Shown here one piece after another: positions 39,257-52,451 of a stretch of DNA of 64,000 nt. A program made the position numbers and the translations under genes. The notes under the pieces were generated by a model. It worked only from the letters and a program-made list of their open reading frames with translations. It was not told where the DNA came from and made no database searches. Source of the stretch: the human T2T-CHM13v2.0 reference genome, Homo sapiens; NCBI RefSeq assembly GCF_009914755.1, contig NC_060932.1. The stretch is one strand, 5' to 3'. Each line of letters starts with the position of its first letter. The first letter of the stretch is position 1.

Positions 39257-40412
39257 GTGTCTAGAAACCAGTTCCAAAAATTAGTTGTTTCAGAAGGCCT
39301 CTGACAGTTCCTAAATGTTCCCGACCTTAATATAATATTTTCCCTTCCAGACACCATGGCAATATGTTTTCTTGAAATGAAGCTAAGGACTGGGAAATTG
39401 AAAGTAATCCTCATGCTTTTTGATAATGCACCTCCTCAGGAATAATATCAAAGTAACACCTGAACAAAAAGGGCTGGTTCAGGTGACCACAGAGTGACAG
39501 TGAGTGCCTCTTTTAGGGATGGATGGGTCCTGATTCTAAACTTTTCCTTTCATTTCTTTACCCAAACGCTGCTTTCCTTATTTCTTGCCTCAAAGCTACA
39601 CCTGGGTAGGAAGTGCACACTTAAAATTCCAGCCTCATTCCTGTCACTCATGAGCTAATATAACCACCCAGAGAATCCCACAAGCCTCTCAGTGTGGATT
39701 TCACAGTGCTGGCCTTCACAGAAATGTACTTTTCCTTACTAGAATATCTCCCTTCCCTTCCTTGCCTATTCCTGAGGGATACCAAAAGTTCCAAAATTCA
39801 TTTTTGAACCTTTCCACTGTCTTTACTGTGAAAACTGTAGGCCACTGTCATATGCAATTCAACTAACCATGATGAATCTCCCAAGCTAGACAATCAATAA
39901 GCACGTCTTGTCTTCACGTCTCTTCTCTACTACAACTATTTTGTCTTTGTAAGTTCCAGCCCCTCTTCTCTTAAATATGCTTAAATGTCTCCTGATTCAC
40001 ACAAATGTTCTCCCTTGATCCTGTATCCAATTTTAGTTTGAAGCCTCTCATTTCCTTCCTAGATAAGTTTATGGAGTGCATATTTGCCATTTCTACTTTA
40101 ACAATTAACATTTACTTCTCATATGTCATGAAATATTTCAAAGAAAAAAGGATCTGAATCTAATATAATGTGGCTCCAGATTTAACTTTGACAAATATTA
40201 TCAAATATTGTAACTTTAATAATACAGTTTTAAATATATATTTTTCAGGAGAAATTTAGTATTTATGTATATAAATGACCATAGTTTTCTTCATCTGCAA
40301 GACAATCTTCTCTGATCCAAATTTCCTCTTTTCTAATCCAGATATAATCACGGATTTAGTATTTTTTTCTTTGCAATCTATCATTCTATATCTGGTGATA
40401 TAGAAGCTTTTT

Positions 40413-40829
<417 letters not shown>

Positions 40830-42862
40830 TTACTTACAAAAAAGTTTTCAAAAATCTTAAAATGCTAGCAAATTTGATTTTTAAATGTTTTATATAAAAT
40901 AGCTATTTACATAAACTATATGTAATATATTTGTTTTTTAATCTATTTTGAATCCTTAAATTCTTCAAAAATTTACTTTTTCTTTAATATTATTTTAAAC
41001 ATATATATTATTGTGGAAATATATTTGTTGATTTTGATTGCTACAACTTAGTACATGCATTATAAACTAATTGTATTTATCTTTTTCATTAGTGAGAAAC
41101 AGTTGGATTACTTCCAACTGTTGTTGTTACTCATAGTGTCTGTACCTATATTCACACATTAAAAAATGGGAATGCTGAAAATGATCCTGGGATTATGTAA
41201 GTTAAAATGTGTCTCTTACTGACAAATTCTAAGAAACCTATATTTACCTTTTATTTCAGATTTCTCTCAAGTGCACATTATCCATCAAGAAGATTTAAAT
41301 CATTTTGAAATATTAATATAATGATCAAAAATTAACTTTTATACATGTTATTAGGTAGGTTATTGTAATAACTATTACTATAATTAATATAGGCGAGTTT
41401 GTTTTGCCAAAACTCTTAAAATGAGATCTAGAATTAGAAATGACTTTTTTCCTTACATCTTAGGCAGAACCCACAGAAAACAATAAAGCACGAGAGAAAA
41501 GAGGATGGCAGTTTACCCAGGAAACATAGGTTGTGCAAAGCTTTGCAATGATACTCTCAATTCAGAGCAATGAAGAACAGAATGCTGTCTTCCCATAATG
41601 ATGGCATTCAATTATCACTAGACTTACAAGACTACAGAAAATTTCTCAAGAACCAGTAAGGATCAGACAGAGCCAATGACAATACTGAAGAAGCTTGCCA
41701 GTGGAGAATGAAAGCTCAGTTACACAAATTACGTTGTTGAACCAGTGCCAGAAATAAAATGTGATGGACAAACTCATTAATTATGAGCGTGAACCAGACA
41801 AAACTGAGAATAAGGTGGGAATTCCTTCATAATCTGTCCCTACTTAGTTGCACCATAACCATAAATATTGTAAGAGGCAAAAGAGTGGTAAAAAGCTCAT
41901 TAACACTGAGATTATTCTTGTTAATTCATCTGAATGAGACCTTAACGTACAAAATAACTTGAATTACAGAAAATGTTGAAAAGTTGTATTTCTTGCACAT
42001 CTAAGATTGAGAGGGAGATATATGTGTGAATTGTCACGAAAGGCCATCTTCAAGATATCACAATCAATCTGTAGATTAAGGTCAGCCAATATAATATTCC
42101 AACCTGAACCTTTGAAAACTGAACAGGAGTGAGTATAATAATCTCTAGAAAAGCATCAGTTAAGATTCTAGCTTGGCCATCTCCATCATCTGTGTCCTTT
42201 ATTTCTAATAACCTTCAAGTTTTCTATATATGACATTATCTTTCCAGTCTCCTCGGAAAAATTGCTCTTCACTTCAATTAGTTTGAATCAGTTTATTTTG
42301 CTTTCCACCAAGAGCTGAAATTTTTCTAAACCTGCACACTCACTTATGAAGTCCCTAGAGATTACACGTTACTTGTGTTCCTTAGTCTTCATTCCTTGTT
42401 CTTATCCTGTTTACTCTTCTATGCATCAATTCTGTGAGAGGCAAAACCAATTTTTATGTGTGTAAAAGGGAAAAAAACATATGTGCATAACTAATGACTT
42501 CTGAAATTTATTATGACAAGAACCCTCCCACTCAGAAGAATTATGAAGGCTTGTTGTAAAAAATAAGAAAATAAGTCTTTGATAATGACAGACAACAATT
42601 AGGTTGCTTGGACTTCAGAATTTTATTCTAAATAAACCTTCTAAACTGAACTTACTACCCCAAACCTTGCCTCAATCTGCCTGTGATAGTAAGGTAAGAT
42701 TTATTCAATTCACCAAGTCAGCTAAGATCAGGTTAACTCTTGCCTTCTCAAAGTGTCCCACTATCAAGATATCCAAGGTAATCACACCTCTCCTGCAACA
42801 AAAATTTACAAATACAGCAAGAATGGTATAAGAACAAACATGTGTCCTTACATTGGTCCTAT

Positions 42863-44264
42863 TGTGTCCAGAATTGGTGGGTTCTTGGTCTCACTGACTT
42901 CAAGAATGAAGCCGCGGACCCTCACGGTGAGTGTTACAGTTCTTAAAGATGGTGTGTCTGCAATTGTTCATTTTTTCCAGTGGGTTCATGGTCTGGCTGG
43001 CCTCAGTAGTGAAGCTGCAGGCCTTCATCTTTAGTGTCACAGTTCCTAAAGGTGGCACGTCCAGAGTTGTTCGTTCCTCCCATCCAGAGTTATTCGCCCC
43101 TCCTGGTGGGTGGATTCATGATCTCGCTGGCTTCAGGAGTGAAGCTGCAGACCTTCTCGGTGAGAGTTACAGCTCATAAAGATGGTGCAGACCGAAAGAA
43201 TAAGCAGCAGCAAGATTTATTGCAAAGAGCAAAAGAAGCAAAGCTTCCCCATCATGGAAGGGAACCCAAGCAGGCTGCCTGGGCTGGCTCGGGCAGCCTG
43301 CTTTTATTCCTTTATCTGACCCCACTCACATCCTGCTGATTGGCCCATTTTACAGAGAGCTAATTGGTCCTTTTTACAGAGAGCTGATTGGTCTGTTTTG
43401 ACAGGGTGCTGATTGGTGCGTTTACAAACCTTGAGCTAGATACAGAGTGTTGATTGGTGCATTTACAATCCTTTAGCTAGACACAAAAGTTCTCCAAGTC
43501 CCCACCAGATTTGCTAGATACAGAGTGCTGATTGGTGCATCCACGAACCCCGAGCTAGACACAGAGTGCTGATTGGTGCATATACAATCCTCTGGCTAGA
43601 CATAAAAGTTCTCCAAGTACCCACCCAATTCAGGAGCCCAGGTGGCTTTCCCTAGTGGATCAAGTGCCAGGGCCGCCGGTGGAGCTGCCCTCCAGTCCCA
43701 CGCCAGGTGCCTGCACTCCTCAGCCCTTGGGTGGTCGATGGGACCAGGTGCTGTGAAGCAGGGGGCGGTGCCCATCAGGGAGGCTGGGGCTGCGTGGGAG
43801 CCCACAACCCTGGGGCTCCGGCACGGCAGGCTCCAGGTCCTGAGCCCTGCCCCGCGGGGAGGTGGCTGAGGCCCGGTGAGAATTCGAGTGTGTTGCAGGT
43901 AGGCCAGCAGTGCTGGGGGACCCGGCGCCCCCTCTGCAGCTGCTGGCCCAGGTGCTAAGCCCCTCACTGCCTGGAGCTGGCAGCACCGGCTGGCCACTCC
44001 AAGTGCAGGGCCCACTGAGCCCGCGCCCACACGGAACTCGCGTTGGCCCACGAGCGCCACACACAGCCCCGATTCCCGCCCGCGCTTCTCCCTCCATACC
44101 TCCCCGCAAGCAGAAGGAGCCAGCTCTGGCCTCGGCCAACTCAGAGAGGGGCTCCCACAGCGCAGAGGTGGGCTGAAGGGCTCCTCAAGCATGGCCAGAG
44201 CGGACACTGAGGCCGAGGAGGTGCTCAGAGCAAGCAAGGGCCGCTAGCAGGTTGTCACCTCCCA
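42863..44264 (-). mobile_element. LTR12 (ERV9/HERV9) solo LTR, long GC-rich C/D/E type
   Basis: Minus strand starts TGGGAGGTGACAAC and ends GAACCCACCAATTCTGGACACA; 1402 bp; perfect 4-bp TSD ctat (42859-42862 / 44265-44268). Confidence 0.96.
43295..43600 (-). promoter_or_regulatory. LTR12 U3 enhancer/promoter: seven CCAAT (NF-Y) boxes and an AATAAAAG TATA-like box
   Basis: ATTGG at 43339, 43363, 43387, 43412, 43453, 43531, 43572; 'cttttatt' at 43301-43308. Confidence 0.8.
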
Positions 44265-47200
44265 CTATTATAAATTAAGACAAATACACTCACTTTTTTC
44301 ATAAAATCACCTAGTCAATAAGTGCAGTGTTAATAATGGTTTTTCTAGATATCTCTAAACCCATACTATTTGGACATGAGGTTTATCAAATGCATAGTGT
44401 TCACAGTAAGTCATGTTTCTCTACTTTTTTACCCATATTCTGATAATAGATTATTATTGGTCACTTCAGAACACTTTTTTAATGCCGATGGATAACATAC
44501 ACTAAGATTACACTGAAAGTCCTGGTACGTCTCCTAAATAGTCTCCTAAAGACTAGCTTGCTGTATTTCTCAGCCATTTTATTTTTAAAAATGAATTAAT
44601 AATCTTCTTTTAGAACATCCCACAACAATAGTCTTTATGGAAGTTTTCTCAAATCAAAATAAATATCCAAGAATTCTGATTGCAGCATAGATATAAAAGG
44701 AACGTGGAAGTTGTCAGGCCTGTACTTAAACAAGAAAAAACTGAAAACCAGTTATTTTACTTGGAACCATCAGTGAACTGAAGTAGCATAGTAAACTTCC
44801 ACTTTGAAATCTTGGAGACAGATGGATGCACAGATTCATGGCTGAGCTCTACTAACCTAGGACAGAAGTTGCTAGAGACATAACTTGGTAGGAACACTTG
44901 TTGGTAATTTTGGTATGTTGCTGGAGGCTGAGTGTAGACAAACATGATAATGGAACAACCTCAGGGAGGAACAGTCTTAGGAACACGTCCATACTTTCCT
45001 GGATATTAATTCCAGGAACCCTACCTAATTCTTATTTCTCATGGTGAAGATTCTAGAAATATTCCCTTATGACACCAACAATGAAAACAGAAGGTAACCC
45101 ACTGTGAAATATGCTCAGAGCATTTTCCAAGCCAAAGCTTACTCTCTAGGGGAAAACATTTTCCAGAGCCTATTTCACCTAGGAGAAGTGCATTACTCCT
45201 CCTCTACCCCAAGCTAGCTTTCCTGTCTCATCTAAGAAGGAAAAGAAAATACCACTGTAGAAACACTTATGAAGGTCAAAGCCCAGACACATAGCCCACT
45301 GAAGGTCTAAGATTTAATCATGAGACTGTAAAATGCTTTCTTTCTACCACATGTTATCAAAACACCAATAAGCCTCCAACGTAAGAACAATGAGTTGCAG
45401 CTTAAGAGGTACAAGCTGCAGATGTTCTCTAAGGAAGAATACATGAAGAAGTGCAAATCCAAGCATGGAGGCAAAATAAGAATGCTAGAGGAATTTGAAA
45501 CCTAAGACATCTGCAGATACAGTAAACATTAAGCACAGCACAGTTCCTGCCCAAAGTAGCATAAACTCTCAAATTAAAGGCTGATTTACCTCATTTCCAA
45601 TTGTAATCTAAACTATGTTCAGTTTTAAACAAAAAATTACAAAGCATGCCAAAAAGCAATAAACGAAACAATCTGGAGAGACAAAATAAGTATCATAGAT
45701 GGGATGAGGTACAATGCAGATCTTAGAATTATTACACAGGGAATTAAAACTAACCATGATTAATATATTAAGAGTTCTAATGGACAAAGTAGAGAATATG
45801 CAAGAATAGATAGTAATTTAAACAGAAAGATGGAAATTCTAAGAGATAATCCAAAATAAATGCTGGAAATAAAACACTCTAACATAAATTAAAATATATA
45901 TCCTATGGGTTCATCTGTATACTACACATAGCTTGAAATAATTAGTAAGCTTGAAGGTAAACCAAAAAATTTCCAAACTGAAATGCAGAGAGGGAGAAAA
46001 AAAAAAACAAATGAAACAAATAGAAAAGTTACATAGTATGTAAAAGTCTAAATACATCAATAATTACTTCAAATGTGAATGGTCTAAACACACCACTTAA
46101 TAGAGAAAGATTATCACATAGATAAAATAAAACAAGTTCCAACCATACATTTTCTATAAGAATATACTTCAGGAAGACTCAGATAGATTAGTAGTAAAAA
46201 ATGGAAAAAAATATTCCATGCTGACACTGATCAAAAGAAAGCTAGAATAGATATATTAATTTCAGGCAATTCAACTTCAGAAAAAGGAAGATTATGAGGA
46301 AAATCAAGAGTATGCATACTGATAAAGGGGTAAATTCTCCAAAAAGACATAATTCTAACGTGTTCACCTAATAACAGAGCATCAAAACACATGAAGCTAA
46401 ACCTCACAAACCTGTGAGAATAAAGACACCAATAGATTATTACAGTTGGAGACTTCTTCCCCATCTTTTATTAATTGAAAGATCAAGCATGTAGACAATA
46501 CAACATTATCAATTAACATGATATAATTGATATTTATATCTAAATCTATCAAACAAATTCTTCTCAAGCTCAAATGGTACAATCACGAAGGGAGACCACA
46601 TTCTGACCCATAACATATTTGAAGAATTTCTAAGGAATAGAAGTCATACAAAGTATGTTCTCTTATCACAATGGAATTAAGCTAGACATTAATAACAGAG
46701 CAACAGCTAGAAAATCCCACGCAAATGAAATATGTACTTCTAAGTAGCACATGGGACAAAGAGTGCTCAAGAAAACTTAAACATTATTTTGAACTAAGTG
46801 AAAATGAAAATATAACATTAAAATTTCAGGGATGCCATGAAAGCAGTGTGTAGAGGAAATTTTCTAAGTGTGTTAAGTGCATACAAAAAGGAGAAAGATC
46901 AAAACTCAATAACCTATTTTTACCTTAGGAAACTAGAGAAAAAAGGATATATTTACATCTATGTAGGATAAAGAAAAGAAATAGTTAATATTAGAGCAGA
47001 AAACAATGAAATTAAAAGCAAAAAAATAGAGAAAATAGATGAAACCAAATTTCATGCAAGGAGAAATAGACAATCTATTAAAAAATCAATAGCTTATAAC
47101 TTTTCACAAAAGACATCCAGGCGAGATGTTTTCACTGGTGAATTCTACCAAACATTTAAGGAAAAAATGATGCTAAATCTCCAAAATATTTCCCAGAAAA

Positions 47201-47561
47201 TGCAAGCAGAGAGAACAGGTTCTAATTTATCCAGTGAATCCAATCAGAGAAAGATACTATAAGGGTGGGATATTTCTCATGAACATAGATGGCAAAATCC
47301 TCAACAAAATATTAGGAAATTGAACCTAACCATGTATAAAAAGAATTTATACACCACAACAAAGTAGTATTTATGTCAGTTACCCAAGTCTGAGATAATA
47401 TTCTAAAATCAGTTAGTATAAACTATCATATCAATAGACTAAAAAAGAAAAATCATATGACTGCTTCTATTACATAGAAAAAGCATTTGACAAAACACAA
47501 CACCACCATTTATGATAAAAACTCTCAATGAACTAGAAATGTTTAAAAAATAAGTCAGCTT

Positions 47562-47830
47562 AGCAAACACCGCATGTTCTTACTCATAAACGGGAGTTGA
47601 ACAATGAGAACACATGGACACAGGGAGGGGGAGGGGAACATCAAACACTGGGGCCTGTCGGGGGGTGGGGGGCTAGGGGAGGGATAGCATTAGGACAAAT
47701 ACCTAATGTAGATGACAGGTTGATGGATGCAGCAAACCACCATGGCACCTGTATACCTATGCAACAAACCTGCATGTTCTGCACATGTATCCCAGAACTT
47801 AAAGTATGATAAAAATAAAAAAGAAAGAAA
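47562..47830 (+). mobile_element. L1PA7-like 3' end
   Basis: 'gggagttgaacaatgagaacacatggacacaggga...gcagcaaaccaccatggcac...cacatgtatcccagaacttaaagta' plus A-rich tail. Confidence 0.92.
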
Positions 47831-49245
47831 AGTGATACAATCAATTTGGAAGAAAATTTGGCAGTTTCTTAAAAAACTAAAGACAGTCTTAACATACAAT
47901 TCAACAATCTTGCTCCTAGGTATTCACACAACTGATTAGAAAACTTATGACCACACAAAAACCTACATGTGAATGTTCACAGCATCTCTACTCATAACCA
48001 CCAGCAAACTGGAAGCAACAAAGATATCTTTCAATAAATGCATTTTTAAACAAACTGGCACATTCATACAACATAATATTATTCAGCAATAAAAATAAGT
48101 TATCAAGCCACAAAAATATATATAAATTTCTTATAAATATTGCTATGTAAAAGAAGCCAGCCAAGAAAGGTTATGTACTCTATAATTCCAATTATATGAT
48201 ATTCCTAAAAAAGCATTACTGTAGAGATGGTAAAATGATCAGGCTTTGAGCAGGAGAATTGCATAATTGAAGAACAGGAGGTTCTTAGGGTGGTGAAACT
48301 ATTCTGTAGAATAGTTTACTGACTGATATATGACACTGGGCATTCGTCAAAACCAATAAACTTTCATAGCAACAATCAATTAATACAAATTTAAAAAAAT
48401 TTTAGAAGGTCAGGGTACCCAGGATAGAATGTATAACATGAGGATAACAATCTAACAGTATTATAAGCATGTAAAACAATGTCACTGAAGGGGAAGGGGG
48501 TATGGATAGGCTAACCTAAGTAACTTTGGAAATGAATGAATTCTCTAAAATGAAACGTGAAAGAAGTTGCATGTAAGCACCGCATTCTAGTTTGTAAAGT
48601 TGTTTCCCATAGATTAACAATTCTGATTGACCAAAAATTTCTTTCTACTGTATATGTGTACTGGAATTAAACAAGTAAGTGGCTGTTGAATGGGGAATGC
48701 AACAGATATCTCAAACTGTTGAAGTAAGGAGTTATGGTTAAGCAAGAGAAAGAAAGTAGTATGATCCATGTGGCAATGTATTAGAGTTGGAGGTAGCACT
48801 ATGAATTCATATTTAACCTAATATAGATACAGATTTTTACATATAGAAATAACTATAGATAAGTGAATATATAAGGGTTATTACACAAACATATATTTCC
48901 TTGCTCTATTAGCTGAGAGTGCTTAGAAGCACCAATATCACAGTAGCAATGAGTATTAATACATCTACTACCTAGGACCCAGATCTTGTTGATAATACTA
49001 TATTCCAATAAGAGGAACCAGGACTATTGAAGAAATGGCTGATTGTATGACTAGGGCAGAAAATATACAAGATAAACCTGAAGGATATTGTAAGACCAGG
49101 AAATAATGAAGTGCTTAGGAAAACAAAACAAAACATGCAATAAAACACACAACCATGAGTTTATGTCAAACGACACAGAAGCCAACTAAAAAAGCTTCCA
49201 ATAGCCAAAGCTGAAACAATTTATCTTTAAAAATAGTATTGGATT

Positions 49246-49901
49246 GATGGGCATTTGGGTTGGTTCCAAATCTTTGCTATTTAGTGAATAGTGCTGCAAT
49301 AAACATACATGTGTATGTGTCTTTATAGTAGAATGATTCATAATCCTTTGGGTATATACCCAGTAAAGAGATTGCTGGGTCAAATGGTATTTCTGGTTCT
49401 AGATCCTTGAGGAATCGCCACACTGTCTTCCACAATGGTTGAACTAATTTACATTCCCACTAACAATGTAAAAGTGTTCCTGTTTCTCCACATCCTCTCC
49501 AGCATATGTTGTTTCCCGGATAAAGAAAATGAGGCACATATACACCATGGAATACTATGCAGCCATAAAAAAGGATGAGTTCATGTCCTTTGCAGGGACA
49601 TGGATGAAGCTGGAAACCATCATTCTCAGCAAACTAACACAGGAACAGAAAACCAAACACCACATGTTCTCACTCATAAGTGGGAGTTGAACAATGAGAA
49701 CACATGGACACAGAAAGGGGAACATCACATACCAGGGCCTGTCAGAGGATGGGGGAATAGGGAAGGGATAGCATAAGGAGAAATACCTAATGTGGATGAT
49801 GGGTTGATGGGTGCAGCAAACCATCACGGCACTTGTATGCCTATGTAACAAACCTGCACGTTCTGCACATGTATCCCAGAATTTATAGTATAATAAAAAA
49901 T
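49246..49901 (+). mobile_element. L1PA7/8-like insertion with 5' inversion (49246-49516 antisense, 49517-49901 sense)
   Basis: 16-bp TSD aaaatagtattggatt (49230-49245 / 49902-49917); antisense ORF2 end joined to sense 'ggataaagaaaatg...' and 3' UTR. Confidence 0.95.
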
Positions 49902-50589
49902 AAAATAGTATTGGATTATAATTCTAGCTGTAATATAAATAAATATGATTCTATTTGATGTGAATTTATAATTGAATAAATAAATATATGGTATAAAATA
50001 GAAATTTTCATACAGAAGAATTATTATTTTTGTAGCTACTCTACCCTCAAGGAGGTAGATCAAAACTCTGTTTTTAGTGTAGACTGTAAATAGTTACTTC
50101 TTCTAATGAGTGTATTTCTTCTAAAGATTATATTCTAAAATGAAAATAGTTACTTTATAGTGAAGAAATGTCAACATGTGATCAAGATCAACATCAACAG
50201 TGATGTCAAGTTGTTACTATGTACCTTTGATCTGATGAAATAAAATGAAACTATACCTTTATGGTATTTTTCTCAGGAAGATATAACCCCAGTCTAATCA
50301 TGAGACACATCCCAGTTGAGGAAATTTAAAAATACACCTATTAGTCCAAACTACCTCACCAAACTATCAATGTCATGAAAAACAACACGTTCAAGAATTC
50401 TCACAGTCAAGAGGAATCTAAGGAGATGTGACTATTAAATGTCACATGGTTTCCTGAAAGAGAAAAAGCACATTAGGTAAAAACTAAGAAAATTTGAATA
50501 ACATATGGTTATTAGTTAATAATAATGTATCAATATTGATCCATTAATTCTAACAAATATAACATTCTAATGCTGGATGTCAGTAATAG

Positions 50590-51375
50590 TGATATGCGAG
50601 GGGGGCAGGGAAGTGCTGGGAGGAGAAAGGCAGGGTACCTGGCGAGGGCTCCACCCTGGGGCCTGTGCCCAGGGACCTAGGTGAGGACAGGCACTCCTGT
50701 TGTTATGCATAAATGTTGCATTTTCCAAGACCACTCTGGCCTTCCATGCCCCCATCTTGTGCCTATAAAAACCCCAAGACCCTAGTGGACATAGACATGA
50801 GTGGCTGGACATTGAGAGGAACACATGTGCAAAAGAATACACCAACAGACTCTGGTAGGCCATCGACAATGAAATGACCTGGACACCTAAGAGAATTCAG
50901 TCGAGGGCAGTTGGAGGAAAACCCAGCTGCTGAGTGGCCCGACTCTAGGGGAAGACCACCTTCCCACTCCACTCTCCTTCTGGTTCCCCAACGATCTACT
51001 GAGAGCTACTTCCACCATTCAATAAAGTCTTGCACTCATTCTCCAAGCCCACTTTTTCCAGGACACTAGGGCAAGAACTCTGGGATACAGAAAGGCTTCT
51101 CTGTCCTTGCAATAAGGCAGAGGGTCTAATTGAGCTGATTAACACAAGCCACCTGCGGACAGCTAAGCTGAAAGAACACACTGTTACACACGCCTGTTGG
51201 GGCTTCGGAAGCTATAAACACAAGTGTAGGTACTGCAGTGGGGTCGGAGCCCATGCTCCCACAACCTGCCCGCCTGCATGCTCTCCCTACGGGTTTGAGC
51301 AGCTGGACTCTGAAGAAGCAAGCCACACCCCCATTGCACACACTGTGAGGAGGATAAGGGAAAACTCCCATTTCA
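50590..51375 (+). mobile_element. LTR1-family ERV1 solo LTR
   Basis: 'tgatatg..gggggcagggaagtgctgggaggagaaagg', TATA 'cctataaaaa' near 50762, AATAAA at 51021, end 'catttca'; perfect TSD atag (50586-50589 / 51376-51379). Confidence 0.9.
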
Positions 51376-52451
51376 ATAGGAGGAACTGGTAGGAGATATG
51401 TCAACTCCCTGTAGTGTGCATATTTTACATGTTGGAAGATGGTTCACATGCTAAAGTTCTTGATAATGTCTTGTTCTGCTCTCTGTATTGAACAGCCCAC
51501 ATCAGCAAGGGAAATGATGAGGGCAGAAAGAACGATTTGTGATGAGGTTGCCTAAGTAATTCTCAATCCAGTCAAAGTTAGATTGTGCATAAGATAGTAA
51601 ATTCTAGATTACCCCAGGCATTAGTTTCTACAAAATTGATACAATTATTGTAGTAGGGAAAACACATAGAAATGGATGCACATTTTGTTAACCACACTAA
51701 CTTGATCAGATCAGTAAAAAATGCAATAGTCTAGTGAAACCTGGAAGCTCCTGGCAACAAAGACTCAAGATTATATAATATTATTTTCTTGGTTTCTTTG
51801 ATATCTGGCAAAAAGCCCTACCAACTTCCTACCCCATATATTTGAAAAAATGGAGCAAACTCCAGAATGATTGTGTTTACTAAATGTATAAGAACAATTT
51901 TCACCCTAACCCTACCATAGCGATTCAATTTTCATAAGGTGGGACAGATGCCAAGATAACCCCAAATGGGGCAGTCCTAGTAAAAGCTTCTCCTAGATAT
52001 TAATTTTACTTGACAGGTGTGTGTTGTTTCCTTTCAAATCTGTGGTGTAAGGACCAAAAAGCACTCCACTGTTTTTCTTCTTTTTTTTTTCTTTTAAAAA
52101 ATTATATTTTAATAAAACCATTATAAGAACCATGTAAATGATTTGAAATAGAATAACCTCTCTGAAAGAAAGTTACAGCAGCAAAAGTGTACATCTGGAA
52201 GTGACTTTAATATAACAAAATCAACCCACACTAAATACTCAAAATGTAAGAAGAGTCAAAACACAGCATTACTTATAGATGATTACAAATGAGAGTTTAA
52301 ACATTACAGAGTTAAGCTTTTGTAAAACACATGAGTTTTGACCTGCTGTGCTTAAACCACTTCAGCTCTCTGTTTTACTTCTTTACTCTTCTCTGTTTAT
52401 ATTTCTTTACAATATTCCCATATCCTCATGATTCAGAGTCAGAGTTAACTA

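Larger units (their letters stand above)
44672..51415 (+). mobile_element. Long, internally deleted old L1 (L1MC/L1MD type), from 5' region to long 3' UTR, hosting two L1PA pieces and an LTR1
   Basis: 5' region 44672-45650; ORF1 remnants; ORF2 'tcacaatggaattaagctag', 'cactggtgaattctaccaaacatttaagg', 'atagaaaaagcatttgacaaaa'; 3' UTR 47830-50589 resuming at 51380. Confidence 0.82.

Noticed and set aside
39200-39270. Poly(A) tract as the tail of a processed pseudogene
   Set aside because: There is no nearby upstream AATAAA, no ORF remnant and no TSD. A simple mononucleotide run is more likely.
43335-43600. Regularly spaced 'gctgattgg' repeats resembling a CRISPR-like array
   Set aside because: These are the known ERV9/LTR12 U3 tandem enhancer repeats. 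The spacers are related to each other and the context is eukaryotic.
43596-44237. 213-aa ORF and overlapping ORFs
   Set aside because: They lie entirely in the GC-rich U3 of LTR12, where stop codons are scarce in several frames. The products are low-complexity with no recognisable domain.
44672-50589. Possible active full-length L1
   Set aside because: It is highly diverged, has large internal deletions and nested insertions, and has no long ORF1 or ORF2 frame in the ORF track.
50567-51404. ORFs of 61-120 aa on both strands
   Set aside because: They lie almost entirely within the LTR1 solo LTR and show no gag, pol or env similarity.
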